Assembly: GCA_043228905.1 (NCBI GenBank)
Contig: JBHGNT010000007.1
Location: 8,990,001-9,054,000 of the forward strand
Direction: 5' to 3'
Source of the DNA: Azolla caroliniana
Taxonomy: Eukaryota > Plantae > Polypodiophyta
DNA: 64,000 bases
Shown here one piece after another: positions 51,315 through 62,265 of this stretch. Below the pieces are notes generated by a model that had not been told where the DNA came from, did not search any database, and was given only the letters and a program-made list of their open reading frames with translations. The position numbers and the translations under genes were made by a program. Each line of letters begins with the position of its first letter. The stretch's first letter is position 1.

Positions 51315-53429
51315 ATGGAGGAGCAAATGAGGCTTATGTGTACGATGGTGGAACAAATGATGCGGGAACAAGGGATGATGGCAAGCATCGACAAAGCCGT
51401 CGACAATATTCTCGCACGAGTAGGAATCTTCGAAGGTATAAATTTAACAAGATTTCTGAAGATTTATAATGAAGAAATGCTTAAACGCGGTGTCGACGAA
51501 GCTAAAAAAATTAATAGCTTTAGTCGAGTCGCTGCGATTGGGCTACAAGAGAAGATCCAAGAGCTCCAAAGGGAGAATCAGACATGGACAACATTCGAAA
51601 GGGCATTACTCAATGAATACAACCTCAACAATATGTCAAGGATGACAAGGCGAGCTTTCATGGATTGGGTAGAGTCTAATAAACATTTAAGTGTTTTGGA
51701 AGTATTAAAAGAGTTTTCTGAAAGATTTGAGCAACTAAATGTTAGAGATAGAAATATAATAGTGCCAGATAAAGTAATATTGTTTCTACAAGCTACTAAT
51801 ATTAAAGACAGGAAGGACTTGGGAATGCTTTTAGAAGATCAGAATAGTCCAAGTGGACTTACCGAAGATTGGGAGGAGGTGAAAAGGGCGTGCGCCCATT
51901 TCTGCAAAAGAAAGTTATGGTTTATGGAGTTGCCCGACAGAAATGAGGAAGAAACGGGGAACGAGTCGGGAGAAAAGAAAGTAGAAGAATCACTCTTACA
52001 CGAATTAGTGAAAGGCATGAAAGACTTGTCGATCAAAGTGACGAAGCTAGAATCGGGACAAAGCTCGACTTCATCAAGGCAAGGAGGTGGAATGGTCCGA
52101 AGGTGTATGTGGTGTGATAGTATCGACCACCAGAAGAAAGATTGTCAAGAGCATAGGGATGCTCTTAATCATAATAAAATCTACTATCAAGATGGCAAGA
52201 TTCACTCAACTGAGACTCGACAACCACTTCAACTCAACTTCGGGCGAGGAGGAATGAAAAAGCTAATGGAAGATGCCGAGAGAGAAACGACTCAAGCGAT
52301 ACAATCCGTGGCAACCTTAGGATTGCACGTAGAAGACTCATATGGTGGATCTGGCTTTTGGCAAGATGTGATGGATTATGCAAGAAAAGGGAAGGTTCGA
52401 GTGGATGAATTAAAAAGAGCGGGAGATGAAATACGAAACTTCACTGGATGGAATGATCCAATAGACGCGCTATCAGCATTCGCCCAAGTGAATGCACAAG
52501 ATGTGCTAGTGGAAGAGAAGCGGAAGAGAGCTGAGGAAGCTGATCCGACAAAGAGACATGAGACACGAGAACAAAAGAGAAGGGAGATGGAAAAGGGTGC
52601 TATTGAGCCGAAGGAAGCTGATAAAGTAAAAGGAAAGACAGGCCCATCTTTCAAGCTTGCCTCAGACATAGAAACAACGACGGATATAAAAAAGGTACTA
52701 GAAACAAGAATATTAAATAGTAAGGTAGAATTTACTTTAAGAGAAGTGTTGGGTATAGCAAAGAAAGAATTTCATGAAGTTATCATAGATATTATTAGAA
52801 GGAAGAGACAGGTGACGGAGGAAATTACGGGAGGGTGTGCAGCAACACTCCAAGATTTGTATGGTGGCACCATCAATGCTGCAAGTGTAAAAAACCAGAA
52901 TGATGTTGGCGTCCATGAAGGGGATAGGAGTCACTATACAAGGGACCATTGGGCTCGAGCAACAACGGAGGCACCTGCAAAAATTGGGGAGCAGCAAATT
53001 CCATGTATTGCTTTGATTGATCATGGATCAGAGATTAACATGATGTCATCGGAATTTTACGCTCGAGGACGATGGCCGATCGACAAGAATCATGGGTGGA
53101 AAATAAGAGCTGCCACAGAAACTACGGAGGATCTATTCGGAGCATGTCCTAGTGTGAAGGTAACAATTGGTGATGTCTCGGTGAATCAAAATTCCTTTGT
53201 GCAGGATCGATCAACCTACCCCGTCATCCTTGGCCAGCCCTACATCACCGCAGTGAGGATGGAAACAAAGGTTATTGATGATGGTTCGGCTTTCGCGAGA
53301 ATCAAGAGTCAAGATGGAAGAAAGACTGTCCAATTCTTAACCGTGAGGCCCAACCATGAAAGAAACAAAGAATGCTTGAAGGAACATCCAATTCAAGAGA
53401 TGGATGAAGAGTTTTCCCAGGATTTTTAG
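51315..53429 (+). CDS. gag: Gag-protease polyprotein (704 aa)
   Basis: CMWCDSIDHQKKDC knuckle. Aspartic protease motifs ALIDHGSEIN and VILGQPY. Confidence 0.93.
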   Translation: MEEQMRLMCTMVEQMMREQGMMASIDKAVDNILARVGIFEGINLTRFLKIYNEEMLKRGVDEAKKINSFSRVAAIGLQEKIQELQRENQTWTTFERALLNEYNLNNMSRMTRRAFMDWVESNKHLSVLEVLKEFSERFEQLNVRDRNIIVPDKVILFLQATNIKDRKDLGMLLEDQNSPSGLTEDWEEVKRACAHFCKRKLWFMELPDRNEEETGNESGEKKVEESLLHELVKGMKDLSIKVTKLESGQSSTSSRQGGGMVRRCMWCDSIDHQKKDCQEHRDALNHNKIYYQDGKIHSTETRQPLQLNFGRGGMKKLMEDAERETTQAIQSVATLGLHVEDSYGGSGFWQDVMDYARKGKVRVDELKRAGDEIRNFTGWNDPIDALSAFAQVNAQDVLVEEKRKRAEEADPTKRHETREQKRREMEKGAIEPKEADKVKGKTGPSFKLASDIETTTDIKKVLETRILNSKVEFTLREVLGIAKKEFHEVIIDIIRRKRQVTEEITGGCAATLQDLYGGTINAASVKNQNDVGVHEGDRSHYTRDHWARATTEAPAKIGEQQIPCIALIDHGSEINMMSSEFYARGRWPIDKNHGWKIRAATETTEDLFGACPSVKVTIGDVSVNQNSFVQDRSTYPVILGQPYITAVRMETKVIDDGSAFARIKSQDGRKTVQFLTVRPNHERNKECLKEHPIQEMDEEFSQDF

Positions 53430-56400
53430 ATAGGGCTTTTACAGGTAGGGGCTGTGATAGCCCGAGCATAAAAGAAAACCCCATAAATAATAATGTAAAT
53501 AAAGATATTCCTTGTACAATCTCATCTAATGGTGCTACTTTTATACTAAAAGTAAATAATAATAAAATACAAAATGCTTTCGAGTACTTTAAGTGTTCTG
53601 GATTAATAGATGATGATGAAGAAATTCAGGATATGTTTGAAGAATTAAGTTTTGAAGATACAATAACTCATTTGGAAGCAATGGAAGAAGACAACGAAAT
53701 CCAAGTTCCTATCCATTCAATCAAGATGTATGAGGTCATTGAAGAAGTTGCTCGAAAGGATCATGAAGCACATGTACTAACAAAATACAAGACAGTGGAG
53801 AAGAAGGTTCGTCCTATTGCTGCTCCACTTCCAGGGGATAGTGAAAAGGCAATCAAAGAAGCAGCCACAGAGCCAATGATCAGAGACCCACGAAAGGTAG
53901 GACATGTGTTTACTCCGGAAACAATACAAGGGATGAAAATAGGAGGGGGTGACTTCCTATTACCCGCTGAAGAAAAGCAGTTCAGGGAGATGTTAAAAAG
54001 GCATGGAAAGGCATTCGCATTCCAACCGGAAGAAATAGGGTGTGTGGATCCAGAAATTGTGGAGCCCATGGTTATATTCACTATCCCTCATATTCCATGG
54101 AACTTTAAGCCAATACCCATGCCTAGGGCTAGAATCCCTCAACTATTAGAACTTTTGAAAGAAAAGATAAGGATGGGTATCTTGGAACCATCGAACGCTC
54201 CTTACTCGAGTCGATGGTTCACTGTGTTAAAGAAAGATGGGCGACTCCGATTTATCCAAGATATGCAACCCGTGAATAAGGTAACAATCCGAAACTCAGG
54301 AGTAGGGCCAATTGTGGATGAGTTTGCTGAGATGTTTGCAGGAAGAGCTATATATTCAATGGGAGACCTTTATTCCGGATATGATCAATTTCAACTTGCT
54401 ATCAAAAGTCGAGATATAACTTCTATCAAGACACCTATAGGGTTAGTACGGATGTGCACCTTGCCGCAAGGAGCGACCAACTCAGTGGCGCATATGATGA
54501 ATGGAATGAACAAGGTACTTCGTGATTTTATTCCTCATATTACAATGCCTTTTCTAGATGATGTTCCAATTAAGGGATGCAAGGAGGAAGAGAAGAACGA
54601 GGAATTGGACGAAAGTGGTTGCCGTCAATTCGTTGCTGATCATATCAAGGATTGTGAGAAGGTGCTATCAAGGATGGAAGAAGTGCATTTGACCTTATCA
54701 GGGGCGAAGTCAATATTTGGGGCAAAAGAGATATTAATAGTTGGTCATATGTGTGGCCCGTATGGGAGAAAGCCATCCCCAACCAAGGTCAATGCAATTC
54801 AAAATATGCAAGAGGAATGTACATCCATCTCAGAAGTACGAAGGTTTCTGGGGGTATGTGTTTTTTACTGTAAATGGATTCCGCATTATGCCCATTTATC
54901 TGAACCTTTATATAGACTCCTAAGAAAAGGAGAGACATTTGAATGGAGTGAAGAGCATTCAGAGGCAATGAAGAAATTGAAGTACTACTTGGCACAAGCT
55001 CCACCATTAAAGCAACCAGACTACACCCGGCCCATATATCTCACAGTAGACTCTAGTCCCATTGGAATTGGATGGGTGATAAGCCAACAAGATAGGGAAG
55101 AAAGGTATCCAGTCCGATTCGGGGCAAAGGTTCTTAGTGGTCGACAAAGAAAATATGCACAGGTGAAAAGAGAGCTATGGGGGATAGTAACAGCTGTAAA
55201 GACAGACAGAGATTACTTAATTGGTGCTGAAGTAATAATAGAAACAGATTGTTTGCCTATTCTGGGTATCATAGCTAATTGTGATATTCCAGATCAAGCC
55301 ATGTTAAGATGGTGTATCTATATTAGATCAATCAACCCTGAAGTTCGACATATCTCTGGGAATAGAAATGCAGTAGCAGATATGTTATCAAGAGCAAGGT
55401 ATGAGGAAGAGGAGATTCCAGACTCGGACGATGAGGACAAAGAACAAACAGTCCTTACCACAAGCATTACTCGGGAAGGAGGAATGCAGTTTCTAGAAGA
55501 GGAGTATGAAGATGAATTCAAGGAAATAGGGAAATACCTACAAACCCCTAACAAGTACAAAGGTCGATTTGGAAAAGAGTTCGCACAGTTTCGCAAGAAA
55601 GCCCATAAGTTCTTCCTGTATGAAGGATATCTATGGCGACATCCGAAAACCAAGACTGGAAACCCGCAAAGAGTAATAGGTTCTGAAGGGCAAAGAAAGG
55701 AGATAATCAAAGAGCTGCATGACAAAGAATGGGCTGGTCATCGAGGAGTGTGGGCCACTTTCAGTAAGATTAAAGAACGATTTTGGTGGCCTCGATACTA
55801 TGAGCAAATAAAAAAGTATGTGGAAACTTGTCCCACTTGTCAATATTATTCAAATGTAAAATTTTGTGATGAATTACACCCAACATACTCACCGGGGGTG
55901 CATTACAAGTGGATGATAGATTTGGTAACAATGCCACTTGGAGTAGGACAAAAGAGATACTTGGTTCTTGCTAGAGAAGATCTAACAAATCAAGTGGAAG
56001 GTCGTTCATTGAGAACAAAAGGGACATTAGGAGTATGTCAATTCATCTTGGAGGACATTGTTTGTAGATATGGATGTATCGGGAAGATAGTGGCAGATAG
56101 GGGAGAACTCAATTCTGCGGAAGCTCAAGATTTTTTCGACAAAATAGGAATTCGGCTTTCTTTGACAACGGCGTACAATCCAGAAGCTAATGGAAAGGTA
56201 GAAAGGGGACATGGGCCAATAGTCAAAGCTTTGGCAAAGGCATGTAGAGGACGGGTTAGTGATTGGCCAAAAACCTTACCCTATGCACTATGGGCTGATA
56301 GGACAACTCACAGCACTGTTACTGGATATATGCCTGCAGAATTAATCACAGGACAGAAGCCAATAATGCCAATTGAAGAAAAGATAACTACATGGGCTGT

Positions 56401-56884
56401 GTTGCCTTGGGAATCAGAAATGAGTAGGGAAGATTTACTTGCGGTTCGAATACGACAACTTCAATCAAGGATAGAAGACATAGAAAAAGCAGCTACTAGA
56501 TTGAAAGAGGAAAGAATCAAGAATAAGGACAAATTTGACAAGATGAAAAGAATACGACCAAGAAAGGTGCAAGAGGGAGATTGGGTATTAGTATATGATA
56601 ATAGCCTAGATAATCAATACAGTACTATTCGGAAGTTTGCAAAAAGATGGTTTGGACCTTATGAAGTTAGGAAAATAACAGATAAAGCCACATATTTCCT
56701 CAATGAATTAGATGGGACAGAAATTCGTATCCCAATTGCAGGAAAAAGGATTAAAATATTTAAAAGGAGGGAGTCATTAGAGCCTGAATTTTATGAAGAA
56801 GTAGAAGAACTAAAAGAATCGGAAGAAGTGTTGGATGAACTCTGCACAACCAATGTGCAAGTTCAGAGGGGGTGGGTGTCGTGA
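53420..56884 (+). CDS. pol: Pol (RT-RNase H-integrase) in the -1 frame
   Basis: Frame is open from 53420. DLYSGYDQ, LPQGATNS, PFLDD, VDSSP, H-H-C-C zinc motif, ADRGE and NPEANGKVERGH. Confidence 0.95.
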   Translation, partial: GFLDRAFTGRGCDSPSIKENPINNNVNKDIPCTISSNGATFILKVNNNKIQNAFEYFKCSGLIDDDEEIQDMFEELSFEDTITHLEAMEEDNEIQVPIHSIKMYEVIEEVARKDHEAHVLTKYKTVEKKVRPIAAPLPGDSEKAIKEAATEPMIRDPRKVGHVFTPETIQGMKIGGGDFLLPAEEKQFREMLKRHGKAFAFQPEEIGCVDPEIVEPMVIFTIPHIPWNFKPIPMPRARIPQLLELLKEKIRMGILEPSNAPYSSRWFTVLKKDGRLRFIQDMQPVNKVTIRNSGVGPIVDEFAEMFAGRAIYSMGDLYSGYDQFQLAIKSRDITSIKTPIGLVRMCTLPQGATNSVAHMMNGMNKVLRDFIPHITMPFLDDVPIKGCKEEEKNEELDESGCRQFVADHIKDCEKVLSRMEEVHLTLSGAKSIFGAKEILIVGHMCGPYGRKPSPTKVNAIQNMQEECTSISEVRRFLGVCVFYCKWIPHYAHLSEPLYRLLRKGETFEWSEEHSEAMKKLKYYLAQAPPLKQPDYTRPIYLTVDSSPIGIGWVISQQDREERYPVRFGAKVLSGRQRKYAQVKRELWGIVTAVKTDRDYLIGAEVIIETDCLPILGIIANCDIPDQAMLRWCIYIRSINPEVRHISGNRNAVADMLSRARYEEEEIPDSDDEDKEQTVLTTSITREGGMQFLEEEYEDEFKEIGKYLQTPNKYKGRFGKEFAQFRKKAHKFFLYEGYLWRHPKTKTGNPQRVIGSEGQRKEIIKELHDKEWAGHRGVWATFSKIKERFWWPRYYEQIKKYVETCPTCQYYSNVKFCDELHPTYSPGVHYKWMIDLVTMPLGVGQKRYLVLAREDLTNQVEGRSLRTKGTLGVCQFILEDIVCRYGCIGKIVADRGELNSAEAQDFFDKIGIRLSLTTAYNPEANGKVERGHGPIVKALAKACRGRVSDWPKTLPYALWADRTTHSTVTGYMPAELITGQKPIMPIEEKITTWAVLPWESEMSREDLLAVRIRQLQSRIEDIEKAATRLKEERIKNKDKFDKMKRIRPRKVQEGDWVLVYDNSLDNQYSTIRKFAKRWFGPYEVRKITDKATYFLNELDGTEIRIPIAGKRIKIFKRRESLEPEFYEEVEELKESEEVLDELCTTNVQVQRGWVS

Positions 56885-57674
56885 AGAATGTGCTTCACGA
56901 TATAAAAATGAGCTTAAATGTTGTATTTAATAATATTTGAGAGACTTGAACCCACATCCTTATATACGATGTACAATGTACATACCACTAGGCTAGGCTA
57001 TTTATTTGTAAAAGTGTATAATAAATGTGCTTCATGATATAAGAATGAAGCTATATATTGTATTAAGTAAAATTGAGGGACTTGAACCCTCAACCTTGTA
57101 TATCAAGCACAAACCATACACCACTAAGCTAGGTTATTTGTTTTAAGGTTATATCCATCATTATACTTATCCCAATAAATGGGAGCTCAAATGAGCATGA
57201 TGGCTATCATGCATCACATGCAATGCATGTGCGCCAAATGGCGATCATGCATCAGATGTAACTCATGCATTACATGCATGACATTACCATATGCATGGAA
57301 ATACTTATAAAAAGAGAGGAAAGGAAAACAAAAGGGAATCAAGGAATCAAGAGAGAGTAAAAAAATAATACAATCAATTGAAGAAGACTAGCTCATTGGG
57401 TGGAGAACCTCTCGTTTCGAAGTTGAGGTCGAGGGTTCAAATCAAGGGTCGGTATTGAAAAGATTCATCTTGCGATCAAGGATTGTAAAGTTGGTAAAAT
57501 ATTATATTTTTAATATACATCATGTTTATATCATATACTCTTGTTCTATGAATCATACTTTGTCTCAATCTTCTTTCTAGAATCATACTTTGTCTCAATC
57601 TTCTTTCTAGAATCATACTTTGTCTCAATCTTCTTTCTTGAATCATACATTGTCTCTATCTTTTATCTATGCTC

Positions 57675-57726
<52 letters not shown>

Positions 57727-58788
57727 TACTTGTAACTCTTCATCTTACTATCCTTAACCATTCTATCATCACCATACAAGCCTTATTAAACTTAAGTTTC
57801 TTCAACTCCCCTTAACCTTAGTCCCCGCGACTTCGCCGCACGAACCACAACTACCCCGACAACGGGTCCGGGAAATAACCGGGTGGAGCGATCCGGTCGA
57901 GGAGAAGACGGGCTTCGTAGAAGCCGCCTGCCGGAACTACGAGGCCTTGGTAGAAGACAAACGGGTGGGGAAAGCCGGAGCAGCTGGGCCCTCACAACGG
58001 TACGAGACCCGATTCGGGCAACGACGGAACGATGCCGGTGGGTCCAGCTCGCAAGATAACCCCAGGAAGGGCGGATACCGACTAGGGACGGAAATAGAAA
58101 GGACTACGGACCTACGAAAGGTCCTAGAGGAACGGATCCTCGACAGCAAGGGGGAGCTGTCATTGCGAGAGGTGCTAGGGATCGCCAAGAAGGAGTTCCA
58201 CGACTCCATTGTGGACCTGGTGAAACGGAAGAGGCTGTCGACGGAGACGGAACCGGAAAGACCGGTGGAGGTGCGGACGACGCACATCGACGACATGGCG
58301 CTGGAAGATGAGTGGGCGGAGAGCCACTATTCAAGGCCGCACTAGGCCCGAGCGACCACGGAGACCCCGGTAAAGATCGGAGATGTTCAGGAACCGGTGG
58401 TGGCATTGGTGGACCACGGTTCGGAAATAAACCTAATGTCCATGGACTTCTATAAGAAGGGAAAGTGGCCGATCAACACCAAGCACGGGTGGAAGATACG
58501 GGCGGCGACGCGCGCCACCGAGGAACTGCACGGGGCCTGCCCGAACGTGCAAGTCAAGATTGGCGACGTCGAGATTGACCAGCACTTCTTCGTACAGGAG
58601 ACATCCTCGCACCCGGTCATATTAGGGGAACCATACATCACGGCGGCGCAGATGGAGACCAAGGTGCTAGACAACGGTTCGGCCTACGCGAGGGTCAAAA
58701 GCCAGGACGGGCGCCATTCGGTCCAATTTCTGACGGTGCAACCGAACCACGAGCGAAACCGCGAATCCCTCGGTGGCGAGAACCGGGA

Positions 58789-61700
58789 GGATTTTTAGAG
58801 AGGGCTGCCAAGGCGTGGGGCCGAGACAGTCCGGACACTCGGGAAAGACCCCACAGCTGTATGACAGAACCGAAACCGAAGGAACCCTGTACGATAGGTA
58901 GGAAATTTTGCTTCTCCAACAACGGAGGGTGTATGATAGTCGGCATCATTGGCGGAGAAAAGACAAGGGCGGAAGTGCGACTTCGAGCGTGCGGAGTTTT
59001 CGGCCCAGACGAGGAAATCAGCGGAGCCGTGGAGGCGGTCTCCTTCGACGACACCTTGGGGATGCTGAGGAAGGTAGCCGGAGAAGACCTTAACGAAGAC
59101 CGGACGATACCGGTATGTTCCGAAGAGATGCACGAAGTCATCGCGAACTTCAACCAGGGACTCCGGTCGGATCGGACGGCCCGAGTTAGCACGAAGTACA
59201 AGACTGTGGACCGGAAGGTAAGGCCAGTCGCGGCACCCTTACCGGAGGGCAGCGAGTCCCGAATCAGAGGGGTCGCGTCGGACCCCAGTTTACGAGATCC
59301 GGCCTGCATAGGACACACCTTCACCGACGGGACGCTCCGGGAGCTCAAGATCGGTGGGGGCGGGTTCCTACTGCCGGCGGAGGAAGACCGGTTTCGGAGA
59401 ATGCTCGGAAGGCACGGGAAAGCCTTCGCATTTTCACCGGAAGAGATCGGGTGCGTAGACCCGACAATCGTGGAGCCGATGGTGATATTCACGGTACCGC
59501 ATGTGCCGTGGAATCTCAAGCCGATTCCGATACCAAGAGCTCACATCCCGGAGTTGATGGAGCTACTGAGGCAGAAAGTCGATATGGGTATTCTCGAACC
59601 GTCGAGCGCGCCATACTCGAACCGATGGTTTACCGTACCAAAGAAAAACAGAACATTGCGCTTCATTCAGGACCTGCAGCCGGTCAACAGAGTGACCATT
59701 CGGAATGCAGGAATCGGACCGACCATAGACGAGTTCGCGGAGGCCTTCGCTGGAAGGTCGATTTATTCGGTCGGTGATCTGTACTCGGGTTACGACCAGT
59801 TCCAGCTAGTCGTGGAGAGCAGAGACATTACAACGATGCGAACTCCCCTCGGCCTAGTGCGAATGTGTACCCTGCCGCAAGGAGGGACCAACTCGGTGGC
59901 CCACATGGTGAATGCAATGAACAAGGTACTGAGGGATTGCATCCCGGACATCACCATGCCATTTCTGGACGACATCCCGATAAAGGGGTGCCCGGTGGAA
60001 GAGAAGGACAGGACAGTCGGGCCGGACGGATGCCGGCGATTCGTGGAACCACACATTGACGACTGCGAGAAGGTGCTACAAAGGCTAGAGGATGCGAGGC
60101 TCACCTTCTTCGGGGAGAAATCGGCCTTCGGACAATCAGAAATCCTGGTGGTCGGACACCTGTGTGGACCGTATGGCCGGAAGCCGTCTCCGGCAAAAGT
60201 AGAAGCCATCTCCGCGATGAAGCCCGATTGTAGCTCGGTTACGGAAGTTCAGAGGTTCCTGGGGGCATGCGCGTTCTACCACATATGGATCCTGCATTAC
60301 GCCCACGTTGCGAAGCCGCTATACGGGCTGCTGAAGAAAGGGCGAAAATTCGAGTGGCGAGATGAGCACACGGAGTCGGTCCGGAAGCTGAAGGAAGCTC
60401 TTACGGCAGCACCGGCGCTCCGGAAGGCTGTCTACGAGAAGGGTACCCCGGTATACATAACGGTGGATACGAGTCCGACCGGGATCGGATGGGTCGTCCA
60501 CCAAGAAGACGGGGACGGCATTCGGTTCCCGATCCGATTCGGCGCGAAGGTCCTCAGTGAGCGACAGCGAGGGTACGCCCAGGTTAAACGCGAACTCTGG
60601 GGTATCGTTTCGGCAGTAAAGGCCGACAAAGACTACCTGATCGGGACAGAAGTGATTATCGAGACGGATTGCCTGCCAATTCTCGGCATGGTTTCCGGAT
60701 GCGCGACACCGGACCTGGCGATGCTCAGGTGGATAGCATACTTCAAGTCCCTGGATCCGGAAATACGACACATTTCCGGAAAGGACAACGCCATGGCCGA
60801 CATGCTTTCGAGGGCGAGGTTTGATGACGAGGGCGGCATGGTTTCGGAGGACGAAGAAGTCGGCGTGGACTTCTTCGAGGCGGTGTACGTGACGACAGAT
60901 GGGACGAGCACTCCGGCACTTAACGACTTCAACGAGAGCAAGTACGACGGCGAGTGGCTCCAGATCGGTGGATTTTTTAGGACAATGACGCCGGATGCGT
61001 CATGGACGAAGGACGAGGCCAACCGGATCTGGAAGAATGCTTACCGATTCTTTCTCCGGGACGGATACTTATGGAAGCACCCGAAGAAGACGAACGGCGT
61101 CCCGCTCCGGGTGGTGGCGATGGCTTACCACGACAGCCCTTGGGCTGGACACCGTGGAACGTGGGCCACGTTCGAGAAGATAAAGGGGAAGTACTGGTGG
61201 CCGGGACTGTACCAGGACGTGCATCGGTTCGTGACAACTTGCGAGAGCTATCAGATGCACTCCGTGGTCCAACATCGGGACGAGCTTCACCCTACGTACC
61301 CTCCGACCATCCACTTCAAATGGATGGTAGACCTGGTGACGATGCCGATGGGAGTAGGACAGATGCGGTACCTGGTCCTGGCTCGGGAAGATCTGACGAA
61401 CCAGGTGGAAGGCCGAGCCCTTCAGAACAAAACGACCGCGGCCGTATATCGGTTCCTGATTGAGGACGTGATATGCCGGTACGGGTGCGTCGGGAAGATC
61501 GTGGCTGATCGCGGGGAGTTGGACGCCGAAGAGGCCGAGGAGCTGTTCGACCGACTAGGAGTCAAGCTTTCGCTTACCACTGCGTACAATCCGGAGGCGA
61601 ATGGAAAGGTGGAGCGCGGACACGGACCGATCGTCAAGGCGTTAGTTCGGGCATGCGGAGGTCAAGTCGGGAACTGGCCGCGGTTGCTGCCTTACGCATT

Positions 61701-62265
61701 GTGGGGGGACCGAACTACGCACAGTTCGGTAACCGGATTCATGCCGGCAGAGCTCATGTTTGGGCAGAAGCCGATCATGCCGATGGAACGTACGATCTCC
61801 TCATGGGCAACCGTGGACTGGAGAGACGAGATGAGCCGGGAGGAATTGTTGACAGCGCGCATACGGCAGCTCGAGCGAAGAACGGAGGACGTGGAGCAGG
61901 CTGCGAAAAAGCTTCGGGTGGCAAGGACGAGGAACAAAGCCCGGTTCGACTGGACGCACCGGCTCCAACCAAAGAAGATCGAGGAAGGCGACTGGGTGCT
62001 AGTCTACGACAGCAGCCTCGACAACCAGCACCGAGCGACACAAAAGTTCGCAAGAAGGTGGTTCGGGCCTTACGTGGTACAAAGCGCCAACGACAACGGG
62101 ACGTACCATCTGGCGGAACTCGACGGCACGAGAATGGCGATACCGGTAGCTGGGAAGCAGATCAAAGCGTTCAAGAAGCGTCACGACGATGAGCCGGATC
62201 CGGATAACCTGGACCGGGACGACGAACGATCCGAAACCGAGGAAGGACCGACGGGCGGGGAATGA
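58789..62265 (+). CDS. pol: Pol (RT-RNase H-integrase) of the GC-rich gypsy, in the -1 frame
   Basis: Open frame with the same motifs as the 53420 pol. The integrase zinc-finger region is damaged (TCESY, short deletion). Confidence 0.92.
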   Translation, partial: GFLERAAKAWGRDSPDTRERPHSCMTEPKPKEPCTIGRKFCFSNNGGCMIVGIIGGEKTRAEVRLRACGVFGPDEEISGAVEAVSFDDTLGMLRKVAGEDLNEDRTIPVCSEEMHEVIANFNQGLRSDRTARVSTKYKTVDRKVRPVAAPLPEGSESRIRGVASDPSLRDPACIGHTFTDGTLRELKIGGGGFLLPAEEDRFRRMLGRHGKAFAFSPEEIGCVDPTIVEPMVIFTVPHVPWNLKPIPIPRAHIPELMELLRQKVDMGILEPSSAPYSNRWFTVPKKNRTLRFIQDLQPVNRVTIRNAGIGPTIDEFAEAFAGRSIYSVGDLYSGYDQFQLVVESRDITTMRTPLGLVRMCTLPQGGTNSVAHMVNAMNKVLRDCIPDITMPFLDDIPIKGCPVEEKDRTVGPDGCRRFVEPHIDDCEKVLQRLEDARLTFFGEKSAFGQSEILVVGHLCGPYGRKPSPAKVEAISAMKPDCSSVTEVQRFLGACAFYHIWILHYAHVAKPLYGLLKKGRKFEWRDEHTESVRKLKEALTAAPALRKAVYEKGTPVYITVDTSPTGIGWVVHQEDGDGIRFPIRFGAKVLSERQRGYAQVKRELWGIVSAVKADKDYLIGTEVIIETDCLPILGMVSGCATPDLAMLRWIAYFKSLDPEIRHISGKDNAMADMLSRARFDDEGGMVSEDEEVGVDFFEAVYVTTDGTSTPALNDFNESKYDGEWLQIGGFFRTMTPDASWTKDEANRIWKNAYRFFLRDGYLWKHPKKTNGVPLRVVAMAYHDSPWAGHRGTWATFEKIKGKYWWPGLYQDVHRFVTTCESYQMHSVVQHRDELHPTYPPTIHFKWMVDLVTMPMGVGQMRYLVLAREDLTNQVEGRALQNKTTAAVYRFLIEDVICRYGCVGKIVADRGELDAEEAEELFDRLGVKLSLTTAYNPEANGKVERGHGPIVKALVRACGGQVGNWPRLLPYALWGDRTTHSSVTGFMPAELMFGQKPIMPMERTISSWATVDWRDEMSREELLTARIRQLERRTEDVEQAAKKLRVARTRNKARFDWTHRLQPKKIEEGDWVLVYDSSLDNQHRATQKFARRWFGPYVVQSANDNGTYHLAELDGTRMAIPVAGKQIKAFKKRHDDEPDPDNLDRDDERSETEEGPTGGE

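Larger units (their letters stand above)
50311..57861 (+). mobile_element. Apparently intact Ty3/gypsy, tRNA-Trp primed, AT-rich
   Basis: LTRs 50311-51275 and 56877-57861 are nearly identical. PBS at 51280-51296. PPT at about 56866-56876. TSD acgg/acgg. Both ORFs are uninterrupted. Confidence 0.97.
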
